DNA of 63,439 nucleotides, filler included, from Nemertoderma westbladi (lineage: Eukaryota > Animalia > Xenacoelomorpha), in NCBI GenBank assembly GCA_032718475.1. It is 5 parts of 5 records of this genome, joined end to end, with 100 filler letters (N's around TTAATTAATTAA, not from the genome) between each part and the next. Parts side by side here need not be neighbours in the genome. Positions count along the whole stretch, not along the records: positions 31,980 to 41,065 come from JAUCBJ010001324.1; positions 41,166 to 53,873 come from JAUCBJ010005731.1; 3 more parts are not named here. One strand, written 5' to 3'. The number at the start of each line of letters is the position of its first letter. The stretch's first letter is position 1. A model generated the notes under the pieces. That model was not told the DNA's origin. It was given only the letters and a program-made list of their open reading frames with translations, and ran no database searches. The position numbers and the translations under genes were made by a program. Below, one piece after another: positions 32,935-46,387 of the stretch.

Positions 32935-33400
32935 TTTAATATAACTTTTTGTTGGGCACAGCTTTGCAAAGTCGGCAATGACGTCCAGGTGGGATCGAAC
33001 TGGTGACCTCTGGGTTGGAAGTCTGACGCTCTAACCATTCAGCTAGCGTCTCAGGTAAAAGGTAGACCTGGAAATAATATCTGATACCTTGTAATGTCCG
33101 CAATTTACCTCCTCATGGCCTCCTAACTGCCAATACCAATGCTTCCACTGTGTTCAACCCTAATGTACTTGGCCGTCTATAACCCCTCGCTACAATGAAA
33201 GGGTAGTGTATATTAACCATGAACCATCACGGCCACAATGATTAATTATACTCTAACTACTAATTTAGGTAAGACAGTTACACCCATAGAGAAATGCGAC
33301 CGGTATATTTATAATTGATATTATTGGTGTTATGGGTGAATGTGTGGTTTCATATTATTATAATATTTTGTTGGGGAACATCTTTGCAAAGTCGGCTATG
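32935..33400 (-). repeat. Dispersed repeat with an internal tRNA-like segment (about 32980-33052), plus part of a second tandem unit
   Basis: Minus strand TAGCTGAATGG (A box) and GTTCGATCC (B box), with a TCC anticodon-position loop but an unpaired anticodon stem. Homologous to 43987-44315 and 2650-2730. Confidence 0.8.
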
Positions 33401-36400
33401 AGGGTCTTTAATCGGGTTTTCGAAGGAAATAATGTATATTACTTAACTGTAAAAGTTTAGACCTACCATGTCAGCATCAGACTCTGTACTTTCAATTAAT
33501 ATAAACCATCAAATCGTTCAATATTTTTTTATAATTAATGTATGTTTGTGTTGGGTTTGTCTACAGAAATATATAGACTGTTTAATGAAATATTGATTAG
33601 AATTTGGGAGATGACAGTCCGCCCAGTAACCTATCAGAGAGTATGGCCATCTGTTTTCACGCCTTCACACTGGTCTTGAAAGGGAAATAAATGGCCAAAG
33701 TTACTTCAAAAGATTCAAGTGTTATTAGTCAATATATTCTGGGCAGTACCCGAAGTATTTATCAATTTTAACTGTGAAATATAATTTAAACTGTGAAATG
33801 AGATAAAAATTTGAACAAATTGAATCTGAAACCCTAAATATACATGATAGGAAGTAGACCAATGGCTTTTAGTTAATATAAGTTCGGAATTTCGGACAAT
33901 AATGTGAAGGATGTGAGAACACAATCTCAGATACTACACATCCGCATCTATAATTCTAATTGTATTATTTACCTGACCAAATATTACTATTATTATGCAT
34001 GACTCTTTATTCACACTTAGTAAGTGAACCATGGTTGTATTTAATGCTTCTGCATAATTCTAGCTTTCAACACCAGCAATATGTTCGTCGTCAATCACTC
34101 ATACACGATTGATAGAGTACTGCATGAATGAATATGCCACTAATAGCTGCATTATAAGTTTTAATATAGTTTGATTAAGAAGTAGTTTGAAGGGTGCGTT
34201 CATTCAAAACATTGTTCATCAGATTGAAGACGTGGTGTCCCAGTTGTTGTTAAAATTTGGATATATTATATTATATCCAATAATAATAGGAAGGTCATAT
34301 TATCATGACATCATTAAATATGAAAAGTTTGTTTTGAAGTTGTAATTGAGTGGATATCTTCCAACCTTTACATCCTATTTCACATGCCTATTTTGGTGAA
34401 CGTGTTTTGTTCTTTAACATATGGAGAGATTAGCCCTAAATTAGCCCTAAAAATTTGGCCAAAAACTTCCTAAATTCCACACAAAATGTTTTTCTTTAGA
34501 GAATATGATTTAGGTTATATAAGATTTCGGATAACCCGCTATATGGTGTCCGGACAATTGCGACCAGGACAATTGCGACCAAATATTTTTTAGATAAATT
34601 TGCACAGTCGCAATTGTCCTACCTTCCCGCTATATTATCCAATATAATTATTATAGTAATTAACCAACAACCAATATGTTTTGCCAACCACTTAATAAAC
34701 GACTCAAGATATAACTTATATTTGTGTTAATCAGACTCACCTTTCTTTTACTATTTGACAGACAGTTGCTTCGGCAAAAAATATATGATTAGATGATATC
34801 TAACAATCAGCTGTTGGAGGTGGGTGGGGGATTGATTACTCGAAGGGATACTGACTGAGGGCAGAAGAGCAAATATCTTCTTCAAGAGGCAGTGCAACTC
34901 CAACTGAAATCACCTGCTGATGTGATGGTAACTGGATTACAAGCCAATTTCCCACAACTGGTTGAAGACTAGCATTGGAATGACCTGCAAAAAAGGTGAA
35001 TCAGTAAACTTGTTAGTTAGTTGGCATCAGGACTGGCTTAATAGGAAAGATTTAATTGGGATGTCATATTATGAAGACCATTTCAAGACTAGTTGGCTAT
35101 AAGAGGTGATATTACAATGACGGATTTGGCAATGGAGGTGTTGAGTTGCAACTTCCACCAGTGATTTTGCCCTTGAGAGTGTTGCCGCTATTTGTATTTT
35201 AGTATTTTGTAATTTATGTAGTCTATTTAGGGGAGTAAACATCTACTAGTACACTCGCCTACTACACATACTTATTGTACATTACGTAACAAAATTTACA
35301 CCTTAGTATTTTGATAATATCTCCGGAAGTTCTTGGTGAAATTTTCAACGGGTTTCAGATTCAGAATCTGCAGATGAAGGCGGATCTAACGATATCTAGA
35401 TTTCATTACAAAGACGAAAAATAAAGCCGACGGAGATGGCTAAATATTGCGGAATAGACGATTTTTAACGACTTGTTGTATCGAAATAGCTCATCAATTA
35501 AAAAATCCGGCCAGACCACCAGTAAGAAAAGGTGTCGATCTATCATCATACCAAATTTCGTAGCATTTTATTGAAATTTGAAAAAAATTTGGGGCTCCGA
35601 CCCCTTAAAAATGGTTGTTGTATTAAGGGTTATGGTGTACTTTAAATAAATATACAATAATAGATAAACCCATAAATTAATTTTTTTTTGTTAATTTTAT
35701 AGATTTCTTAATTTTTGACAGACAAACACAAGAGATAGACACAGACAGATATAGACACAGTTTTGATTTCGTCAAATAAGAAAAGTTACATTTTAAATGT
35801 AATCACCGCCCAAGAAAACAGTATTAACACAAATTGTAAATAGTTTGTGCACTTTCTTAACTTTTAACGGACAGACATACGTAATAACGGACAGATTGAC
35901 TTACAGGCAGACAAAAGTTTAGATTTGTCAAATAGTAAAAACCGACATCGTAATTGAAATTATCGGCAATTAAAACCCCCTTATCAAGGTGGTTTGCTTT
36001 ATATATTTATTTGTTATATTTCTTGACAGACAAACTGACAGACAGACAGACACAGTGACCTCCAGTAATAATACAAATAAAACATGTTCGCTAAAGGTCC
36101 ATACACTGTCTTGTATCTCAATTCTGACATAAATTTTATATTTGAAAAATATCGTAAATTTTATATTTGAAAATTGTTTCTTTATCAAACCTCACATATG
36201 TTAACATTGTTTAATTTTATTAATTTGATTCGATCTGTTAATTTTGAGTCTGCAGCCCCCCCCCCCCCCCCCCCCCCCCCCCTCCCCCTTTCGGGCTCTG
36301 GCCCCACCCCTTGTAATATCCTGGCTACGCCACTGCTATACAGTAGGCCTACATTTGGCGAGCGTGTAGAGGCGTGGTGCTCATCCCCTGTATTTCGGTA

Positions 36401-37229
36401 GGTTTATTGCTTTCTCTATTGGCTGATAATTTAGTTATAATAGCTTCTGCTAAAGACAGATCTGTGGCAACATACTCTACAGGACTGACTACATAGTATC
36501 GTACTATTGTTATATTCTATATTCCGGGATCCATTATTGGGTCTATCTAAATACCGATAAACAAACATCAAATATAGCACAATAATTATTGCAAAAGAGA
36601 AAAAAACCTGCCCAATTAAAGATGCAATTTGATTTTCTGTAGAATAGAGGAAGGCATCTAAGTACAGATACATATTATTGCGAATGTGTTTTAAAATATG
36701 TTTTTTAGAGATATATATATATAGGTGAAAATTAATTGGAAATAATATACCCTATATACACTGCAATAGGCCTACTGTACAATATAGTCTATACAGAGTA
36801 CTTTATATACAATATACCCCACCCTATCCCATACAGTTTAGTACTGTAAATTATACCTTGCTATACATTATACAGTAATGCTGTACATGTATATTATTCT
36901 GTTTGCATATTATTTTCCAGGACCGTTACGTTTCTTTCTTACTTTTTCTATCATTTGTATTTACTGTTACCTTAGATACCTTAGATTTGTACTCAACTAA
37001 TAGCCGTCTATAAATAACATATACATACATACATACATATACAATATAACCCTTCTATACATTATTATACTATACAGTACTTTACAGTTTAGGCTTACAA
37101 AGTGTGTAATATAGTACAGACAAATATAATGTACACAATACAATACTCTCCTACAGTATGTATTGATTATCATTGTTCATTTCGGAGTTGGGTGAGTGTG
37201 AAGGAAATAACAATTATTGCTTGGGGCTA

Positions 37230-37790
37230 TTATATGTATCTCATAGACAAACATTCGTTGAAATGTTTGCAAAGAAGTGTTGTGAACTCATATGGGGAGC
37301 TGGAGAAAGTAATAATATATGTGGATAACGTAGCTGTGATGAGATATCAGGTAACATGCAGTGGAGGAGGGTCGCTTCCCTTACCAGGAAATAGCCAGTA
37401 AGGTATTCCAATGGACCCATCGGCTAAAACGCGAAAAAAATCAATAGGTATATGTGCTTGTATGTGAGGATGGGGTGGTGATGGGATATGCGAAGGAACA
37501 AAGGCATAGGGTGTATCATCTTTGGGGAATTAATGTTGGATTTTATAGGAGATGGTTGTGTGTAAGTTTTGTATATATATATAACTGGGGAAGTATAGAT
37601 GTGCGTTTTATTGATTTTATAGAGTATGGACATGCCATAATAGGCAGGGCATCTGCATAGGAAGTGGGTGTAAATATAAGGGATTCGTAGTTATCATAGA
37701 TAGATTGTGTTATACATAGTGAAACAATATGTTATTATGATGAACTTCATATATTTCAGATAGAAGAGGGGGTATTGAACCCACACTAAT
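37230..37790 (-). pseudogene. Highly degenerate non-LTR reverse transcriptase fragment
   Basis: Minus strand SYADA (YADD-like, about 37645-37662), followed by remnants resembling the IN..K and HxYL thumb motifs. Multiple frameshifts. Confidence 0.45.
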
Positions 37791-38373
37791 GAAATAAGTG
37801 CAAAAATGAAAAATGAAAAAAAAAGTAGCCTGTTCTATTGTTTCCTATTAATTATTTTCGTTAGAATAACGTGTCAGTGTAACCTGCTCCTTTTTATATT
37901 TTGTCAAATTTGTAACATTTGTAAAATTCGACGAGATAGGATGAATAAGAGGTTCACTAAGAGAAATAAATTTAATAAAATACTGGAATTATTAAAACTT
38001 AGAAAAAATGTTTGTATATTAATTTGGTACAGTCATCATTGTGCTGCTGGTGATCTGGTAATATTTATGTGCAGTTTAATATCAAATATCGAAGGTTCAG
38101 GTTAGAGTTAGCTGAAATAAACTAAAGTTGGTGGGCTAAAATTAGTATAGGTAAAGTAGGCCTACTGTAAGATACTCCAATTCACTTTGAAAGACATTTA
38201 ATTACACATAAACAGTGCTGTGTAATGTATTGATTGCAGCAAACTTTAATGAATAAATGTTGGTGATTGCTTTAGATCCATACTCTGCGCTGCACAAACA
38301 TTGCATACCACCCACTGAGATGCTGATAACATTAGATTTAGTATCAACAATAGCTTTGTTGCTAAACATAACG

Positions 38374-41065
38374 TCAGGTCAGGTCAGGTCAGGTATTCTA
38401 GGTCATTGATCAAGAAAACTTGCCACCTCCATGCAGCATAAAGGAGGTGCCACCTGTAGCTGTATAGACCCTCTTACTAGGGCAAATCTGGTCCTGTAAC
38501 TAGGACCCCCTTCGTTCTGGGATAAGGACGCACTTGGTCCTGGATTAAGGACCCATATACTTGGCTGCAGGGGTATATGGCCTGACCAGGCAGATGGTGA
38601 TCTACCAATGGCTGGTCAGGAGTAGAGTGTTCTCATGTCCACTCTGAGAGCACTTCACTGCGACCTGTACCTGGCAGCAAGGGTACAGGGCATGACCCAG
38701 CAGATGAGCTGCAACAGCCAATGGTGGGTCATGTGCGCCAGAGTAGATATGGGTGATGGGCCTCATATCTGACTCCATTGCGACACCCACCCTGTGGAAT
38801 GGCAAACCAGGGTGCGGTATTTGCCCCGAGAGCTGACTCGGCAAAAAAGCACCCCCCAACCCCCACTATGGATTACATTAGCAATGCGGAGGTCCGGCCA
38901 CTAGAGGCCAGTGGAATTACCGGACACAATCGGCCTCACAGGCGTCAGTTAACTCCTGACCGGCTGCCTGTCTCACCCCCTACTGGAGAGAGAGCAGCCA
39001 ACAATTCTTTGAGTCCCTTTCCTGATGACCTTTCTGGCCCAAACCCTGGGTCACCAGGGAGGCCAGATTGTGATGGGGAGAGTGATTCTGGAGTTGGAGG
39101 CTACTCTCATGTTCCACCCCGACCAACAAAGCCATTGGTGAATCTGAGGCAAGTCACTAGACTAGCCTCAGTAAACACCCTAACACTCGGGTCCCCAATG
39201 CGACAAGGTGAGCTGACTGCCTTGGCAGATAAGCTTTCTCTTAGCGCAGTGGGTGTTCAAGAGCACCGAATGCAGACTGGACAGACTGATGAGGTTCTGA
39301 TTAAGGACATGGGGGGCGGTTGGCGACTCGCCCTCGCGTCAGCAGATGATAGTGGCAATGGTGGAATTGGTCTATTGATGAATCCAACTGCACATGCAGC
39401 ATTGGACAAAATAGACCAAATCTCTAACCGCATCATCCGTTGCCACTTCTCATGTTCTGGAAGACTGGCTAAGAAGTTTCCTAAGGTGGTTCTGATTGTG
39501 TGCTACTCTCCAACTAGTGTTGCCCCTGTAGAGGAGGTGGAAAATTTCTACCACAATCTACAAGCAGCTACTGATGGAGTGGATCAGCATGCATTCTTAA
39601 CATTCCTGGGAGACTTTAATGCAAGTCTGCATCAATCACCTACATCGCCCTGGGTCTATAGCAATAGTGTTAACCGAAATTCTGTCCATCTTCAGGATTT
39701 TATCTCTGGAAATGGATTGTTTTCGGCTGGAACCCAGTTCAAGAAGCGAACTGGAAAGCTATGGACTCATAGTGGACCCAGTGGTCACAAGTCCCAGATA
39801 GACCATATTCTGTTTCGTAGGAAATACAGGAGCTCTATACAAGACTGTAATGCATTTACACTTCGACCCTTCTCCAGTGATCACCGCCTTATTGTGGCCA
39901 AGGTAAGACTTAGTCTGCGTGCTAGCAGAACAACGAAATCTGCCTTGCCGCGGCATGACTGGTCCTCTCTGTTGCAACAGCCAAGTGTGAGATCCAGCTT
40001 CACACTACAGCTGAGCAACAGGTATGAGGCTCTTGCCTCTGAGGCGGCAGATCACTGTGAGGGCTATACTGCCTTTACAGAAGCAGTTAAGTTAGCAGCT
40101 GCAGAAACAGTTCCTGTATACCCTCGAAACAGGAAAAGGGCCCCCTGGACTGACAACAAAATTCAGAAGTGCCGAAATGACCTTCATAAGGCGCAGAAAG
40201 AGTCCCGACTCAAACAGACTACAGCGGCCAAGAATGCAGTTAAGGCTGCATCTAGGTCCCTGAACAGGCAGTACTCTGTTAATCTACAGGAGCTAATAAA
40301 CCAACAGGTTGATGCCATCAATGATGCTGACGACAGCAGGCAATCATCCCAGGCATGGAAATCAATCAATCTGCTTACTGGGCGGAAAAGCCAACCAACC
40401 ACCAAGGTTAAGGCTGAATCACCAGCCGATCGCCTCAATGGTTGGAAAGCCCACTTTGAAAAGCTCCTCAATAATGACAGGGTATTGCCTGATAACTTTA
40501 TAGAAGTAAAAGTGTCTGAGTCTGTACTCCCAGATATTCCCATTGGCGATATCTCCTTTGCAGAAGTGCAGGCTGCTGCAAAGAGCATTAAGACCAATCG
40601 TGCCAGTGGAGTAGATGGTGTTCCCCCTGAGGTCTTTAAAATACCTGAGTGTTTAAAGCTCATCTATCCCATCATAGTAGACATGTACCGAACAACAAGA
40701 GTCCCACAAGAAATGAAAACAAATAAGTTGGTGCCAGTTCCCAAGAAGGGCAACCTAACACTCTATGGTTCTTTTCGGGGAATCTCATTGATCTCGATTG
40801 CTGCAAAGCTATACAATAGGATTCTATTAAATCGCATCAGGGATCCCATTGAGAGACTGCTCCGTGGAAATCAGAATGGGTTCCGTAAAGGTCGTGGGAC
40901 CATGGAGCCCATTTTGGCACTTAGAAGGATAATTGAAGAATTATCAAAAAAGAAAGACAGGCATCTGGCTGTTATCTTTGTTGACTTCTTCAAGGCCTTT
41001 GATTCAGTCTCTCGCTCACGTATGTTCAGCATACTTTCATTATATGGGATTCCTGATGAAATTAT
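38374..41065 (+). mobile_element. RTE-clade LINE, family A, 5'-complete, intact up to the assembly gap
   Basis: (CAGGT)4 start. Highly similar to 4035-6700. Open frame through APE and RT motifs to the gap. Confidence 0.95.
38799..41065 (+). CDS. RTE APE-endonuclease/reverse transcriptase polyprotein (3'-partial; true start uncertain)
   Basis: No stop from 38778 to the gap. First ATG at 38799. Motifs VNTLTL, QEHR, GDFNA, IDHIL, SDH, QNGFRKGR and VDFFKAFDSV. Confidence 0.9.
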
Positions 41066-41165
41066 NNNNNNNNNNNNNNNNNNNNNNNNNNNNNNNNNNN
41101 NNNNNNNNNTTAATTAATTAANNNNNNNNNNNNNNNNNNNNNNNNNNNNNNNNNNNNNNNNNNNN
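41066..41165. other. Assembly gap linker
   Basis: N44-TTAATTAATTAA-N44. Confidence 0.98.
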
Positions 41166-42969
41166 GGCCTAAGAATAGCTAGACAACAATCCAGCCTACA
41201 AAATATCTGAGTAATAACTATCACGGTACCTGAACAGACCACACAAACAAACACAGGCTAAAACACTGGCAGACTACGATCAAGCCTAAATAAACTACAG
41301 TATATGCAGATTCTGAAACTGTTAGTTAGTATGCGTTCTAACACGGTAGTACGACTTATTCTTTAAGAGGGGATTGACCTTCAGCATATGGCTGCCCCAA
41401 CTTACTAACGGCACTTTATCAGACCAACTCTACACACACCGTAATCTCTCCAAACTCAACAACAGTCAGACAGCAGCTCAGCCTACAATTATCTGAACAA
41501 TCTGAGCAGGGTCACACGCCTTCTGCTCAATATTAGCCTACTAGTAAATAAAACCGACAGAAATAAGTAGAATCTCAAATAAAAATCAGGGCGGCCGTTC
41601 CCTGATTAAGTACCAAGACCTACCGGTATACAATAATCAAAATCGAATAATACTAATGTACTTATACAGCAGTACCGGTTAGGACAGTTGGGCCTACAGA
41701 CCTACAGAAATACCGGTTACTACGGTATTTTGCAACCTTATTGCCTACTGCAATAAGATTAATAAACTGTTACTGTTCGACAGAACAGTATTAAACTGTA
41801 TTTAATGCCTACACTGCAATACAAAGTAAACTGTTACTGTTCGCGCTTTTGAAGACCTTTAGCAGTTTAACCTGCCAAAATTTATATGTATTTTAGTTAA
41901 TTAAAACCACTTTAGCATACGACAATATTTTATGCTAATACGCAAAACACTAGCCGAAGTCAGCCCATGCGCGATCATTCACCCGATGGATCTACACCCG
42001 GGAGACTGAATTCGGATGCTTAAATTTTATTATTGCAGTGTAAGGTTGCAGTGTATACCTACTGTATTATTCGATAGATCATTAATAATTAATCTCTGAC
42101 AGATATTATTGGCTTTCGGGAAATATTAACAGTTCCTTTAGGACGTGGCGCTTTATCTATTTAAACAGAACTAAGACTTATACTAAAATGCAACGATACT
42201 GCTTATGATTGAAGTATAAAGCGTATTCTTTAGGAAATACTTTGTTACCAATCACAATCATACACACTATTCTGCCGACCGTCAGTATATTTGATCACAC
42301 ATAAAGAGAGCAGTAATTGACTCATGTAGTGTCTGCTAAATAACATTAGATTCAATACACACCACATTAATATAAATCGCAATTGTTATGTATAGCCGGT
42401 CTCTCTAACCTGTAGTGTATCAAGAAAATTGGGAATTTGGGTGATTTATCCGTATTATCCAAAGAGCAATATTTCCATCAACAAATAGGTACAATTAATA
42501 ACTGACGGTAAATAACAGTACAAACAATATGATTAATGCAGTTAAATTAAGTGAGATAGTGAGTTCGTTCGATTAGTGAGATTAGTTTGTTTGGTAACAG
42601 TTTATACTTTCGATAATTTAAGCAGTTTTACTAGAGTTCTTCTCTAGAGCCGGTGTTTCTGGCTTAGACAGCAATAACAACAAAGTATCAAGTAAAAAAC
42701 AGTAAGACTGAACACTCTCCTTATGATCGGCCGAAAAGCTACACGTCGACAGGAAAAAACGCTCTGATTGGCTCAAGCCAAACAAAGAACCATGCATCCA
42801 ATGGCTGTTTCCATGTCAGCAACCAGCTGTTAGATGTCGTAATATGAATCATCACGGCTAAGCTGTGAAAGGTATTTGGTGCATTGCAGGTTTTTTGCCT
42901 TACCATGTCCGCTAAAACACGTATATAGCAGAATGACTTTTATGTCCGTTAAAACACCTGTAACGGTAC

Positions 42970-43660
42970 CTTGCGGGCGAGGGGAATATATATACAGTTA
43001 GAGAACCTTTTTAGAGTATTCCAGCGCCTGGGGGGAAACTGGATTGCGAAGCAAAGGGGCCAGTTATATCCCACAGAAGCTTTTACAGACATGCCGAAGG
43101 TAATGTTAAAAAAGCGAAATATTTATTGAATAAAACTGATTAAAACTGATAAAACTGGTTACATCGACAGTGATGAATTTAAATTCGGTTTATTTGAACT
43201 ATTGAACACTCAAATTCAGACGGATTGTCTTTCGCACAGCGAGTTTTCGGACATCCCACTGGCGAGCAGTTTGTGAAGACTGGCAAAAAAGTGCAGATCT
43301 CACGGACCAACACAAACTGAAAACACAAGCAAAACAGAAATACTACTATGAGCTATCTGTATACTCTTTGGCGCCTATTCCTGTTAACGCCGCCGTTCAA
43401 AATCCAGAAATTAAATGATGGGATATCCTAATCTTATCGTCAATACCGTCTTCGATTTCCATCAGGGCGCAATTTGTGTCGAAATCGAAATTTTATTCGC
43501 CCAATTCAAGAAGACAACAAATTGCTCAAACAAAGTGGTCTTGTTGACACAAGACGAAAAGCGTTGTATCCCAGAATCTTCAAACCAGCATCGAAGTGAT
43601 CGAATTAAATCACAACCACAACGCCTCACTATTGAATTTCTAATGATACGGTCTAACTTG
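42970..43660 (+). pseudogene. Degenerate Gypsy integrase C-terminal remnant
   Basis: Across frames: IDSDEFKFGLFELLNT, DGLSFAQRVFGHP, DWQK, KQKYYY, VQNPEIK*WD and GRNLCRNRNFIRP, in the order typical of Gypsy integrase tails. Confidence 0.55.
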
Positions 43661-43859
43661 AAAGTTCTTAATTTATATATCATGCAGACATTTAAGTGAA
43701 ACAACTGGTGGTGGTTATTTTACAAACATAATTACAGTAACATAAGCAGAGATTTCTATAAATCAAATTTCAAAGTATGAAATTCGAAAAAGAGGAGTTC
43801 TTATAATATGTATAAGCCAATATACTATGTATTATTATTGGTGTTATGGGTGAATGAGT

Positions 43860-43986
43860 ACCAGTTAAATAACTGGGAGCAAATCTTGGGATAGGAATAG
43901 CGCCCACCCCTACCCTCGGGTAGCAGCTATCGAAAGAGGAGCCTTCGGGTCGCCTCCGACTTCGGCCGACTGTTTGCTTTTTTTGC
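43860..43986 (+). mobile_element. 5'-truncated SINE-like insertion with a 15-bp TSD
   Basis: TSD TATGGGTGAATGAGT at 43845-43859 and 43987-44001. GC-rich structured body ending in a TTTGC/T-rich tail. Confidence 0.75.
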
Positions 43987-44397
43987 TATGGGTGAATGAG
44001 TGGTTTCATATTATTATAACTTTTTGTTGGGCACATCTTTTGCAAAGTCTGCAATGACGTCCAGGTGCGATCGAACTGGTGACCTCCGAGTTGGAAATCT
44101 GACGCTCTAACCATTCAGCTAGCGGCTCAGGTAAAAGATAGACCTGGAAATACTATCTGATACCTTGTATGTCCGCAATTTCCAACCTCCTCATGGCCTC
44201 TCAACTGTCAATACCATCATATGCTGCCACTGTGCTCAACCCTACCGTACTTGGCCGTCTTTAACCACTCGCTACAATGAAAGGGTAGTGTTTATTAACC
44301 ATGAACCATCAATGATTAATTAAAGGTCACCAGTTCGATCCCACCTGGACGTCATTGCCGACTTTGCAAAAGCTGTGCCCAACAAAAAGTTATAATA
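43987..44397 (-). repeat. Second copy of the tRNA-containing repeat plus an inverted partial copy (44324-44397)
   Basis: 44011-44310 matches 32935-33230. 44324-44397 is the reverse complement of about 44011-44085. Confidence 0.85.
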
Positions 44398-44941
44398 TAC
44401 TATGTAGACCTTCTAAGTGTGCTACTACAGAAGGTGGTGGGATATTCAAATGTATCTGAGAGTAGTAATCACGAGATTATTATATTACTTCACTGCTGCA
44501 TAGCAGTTATTATCTGGTTATATATTATTGCGATCATTATAAATGTTTTCAATTTGATTACATATTCAATATGGGCAGTGTAATCACAGATAAAAGAAGT
44601 CTTAATTTAATAAAATAATTATTCTATAAACTACATTCTTAAAAAAATATCGAAAAGTTCTGGAATTGTCTATAAACTACGCTATATCTTCCTGCTAAAT
44701 ATTTTCCGTCAACTTTATTTTCAATCCACCCATACCTACAGTACGGTATTCTACTTTGGGGAAGTAGACATCCACCACCCTAAATATAAGTAAAATATAA
44801 ATATAAAATATAAATCGTTTTAATTATGGGTTTATTATTGTACAGTAGTTTTCAAATTTCGTATCACTTAATGGTTTTATCTAAAATACTTTGTTTCAGT
44901 TTACTTTGATCCGCAGGTTCTAACTCTAATCTCATTAGAAG

Positions 44942-45027
44942 TTTATATCCGGTACTTTATATCCGGTACTTTATATCCGGTACTTTATATCCGGTACTTT
45001 ATATCCGGTACTTTATATCCGGTACTT
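44942..45027. repeat. 14-bp minisatellite, 6 copies
   Basis: (TTTATATCCGGTAC)6. Confidence 0.95.
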
Positions 45028-46123
45028 TTTTCTTTCTTAAATATTTCCTTAACCTTATTTATAGGTAAATTTCTATCACTAAAAATAAAACTTTTTGTAT
45101 TGTATTTTAATATTGTATTTGTAACTATATGTAACATTAAGGACCCCCTTTGAAATAAGCTGCAAAGCTTTAGGGGTAATCCTATATGTAATATTGGACA
45201 AAACCTATATACATTGATTGGTGTATTTGTTATTGTTTTTATTCTAAAATTGTAACATTACTCAACGCCGTTAGTATTAACAACGAGTTGTTTACAACTT
45301 TAGAGGGCATTACAGCATTGTATTGGCGTGTACATTTAGTATTGTATTTCGTGTTATTGTTTACGTGGTAACCCATGACGGTGTTAAGTAATGTCCACTA
45401 AGGGGACATTACTTAACGCCGTAATTGGATACCACGTAAACAATAGATGGAAATTTGCCTGACAGCCAGATATGCCTACTGCATTATCTACCGGTAGGCG
45501 GGGTATAGCTATTAATAACCAGTAGGGCCTAGCTATATTATTATAACATGGTTCCAAACGCCGCGATAAATATAAGCTAACTTATTTATAACATAATTTA
45601 TGTCATTTTTACATATATTTATACAGCAACTAATATAATTCGTGCAGTTTCTAACACTTATAATGTATATGCACAATCATTTCGTAATGTCAAAACTTTG
45701 GAATAAAACTACATACATGAACTTGTTGCAAAGTACTTTACAGTGTTCTGATCCTCATGGCTTTATTTCCACTAACTCACTAACTTTCGTTTGTGTAACA
45801 AAGCCACTCGGATCATCACACTGTAAAGTGCTACTTTACACACAAGTATGTAAATAGTTATTACATAATGTATCTATAAATATATCTATCTATCTATCTT
45901 TCTATCTATCTAAAACTTGATTAAGAAAAAATTGTCTTCTCATCAATAGCCTATTATTCAATGGATGCAAACCTAAGAAATGTAAATCATTCGGTGTCTG
46001 GACCCTAACCGAAAGTTCCTTCACCATTCTTATGTACAACGAATATATTAATTATCTCAATATTGCTACATATGTTGTTTATCTCCATTATGAATCCTTA
46101 TTACACTAGATTTCCATCCCAAT

Positions 46124-46387
46124 CAATCGTGTATCAGCTCAAGTATAACTACTAACCAATCGTGTATCAGCTCAAGTATAACTACTAACCAATCGTGTAT
46201 CAGCTCAAGTATAACTACTAACCAATCGTGTATCAGCTCAAGTATAACTACTAACCAATCGTGTATCAGCTCAAGTATAACTACTAACCAATCGTGTATC
46301 AGCTCAAGTATAACTACTAACCAATCGTGTATCAGCTCAAGTATAACTACTAACCAATCTTGTATCAGCTCAAGTATAACTACTAAC
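46124..46387. repeat. 33-bp minisatellite, 8 near-perfect copies
   Basis: Unit AATCGTGTATCAGCTCAAGTATAACTACTAACC. Confidence 0.95.

Noticed and set aside
32980-33052. Functional tRNA-Gly(TCC) gene
   Set aside because: The anticodon and acceptor stems do not pair fully, and it is embedded in a dispersed repeat.
34741-34984. Possible minus-strand exon (TTTTTTGCAG acceptor, AAG|GTGAGT donor)
   Set aside because: All three frames contain stops and no partner exons or recognisable domain were found. It cannot be supported without RNA data.
46124-46387. CRISPR-like 33-bp (and 32-bp at 29790) direct repeats
   Set aside because: The repeats are contiguous with no spacers, there are no cas genes, and the context is eukaryotic.
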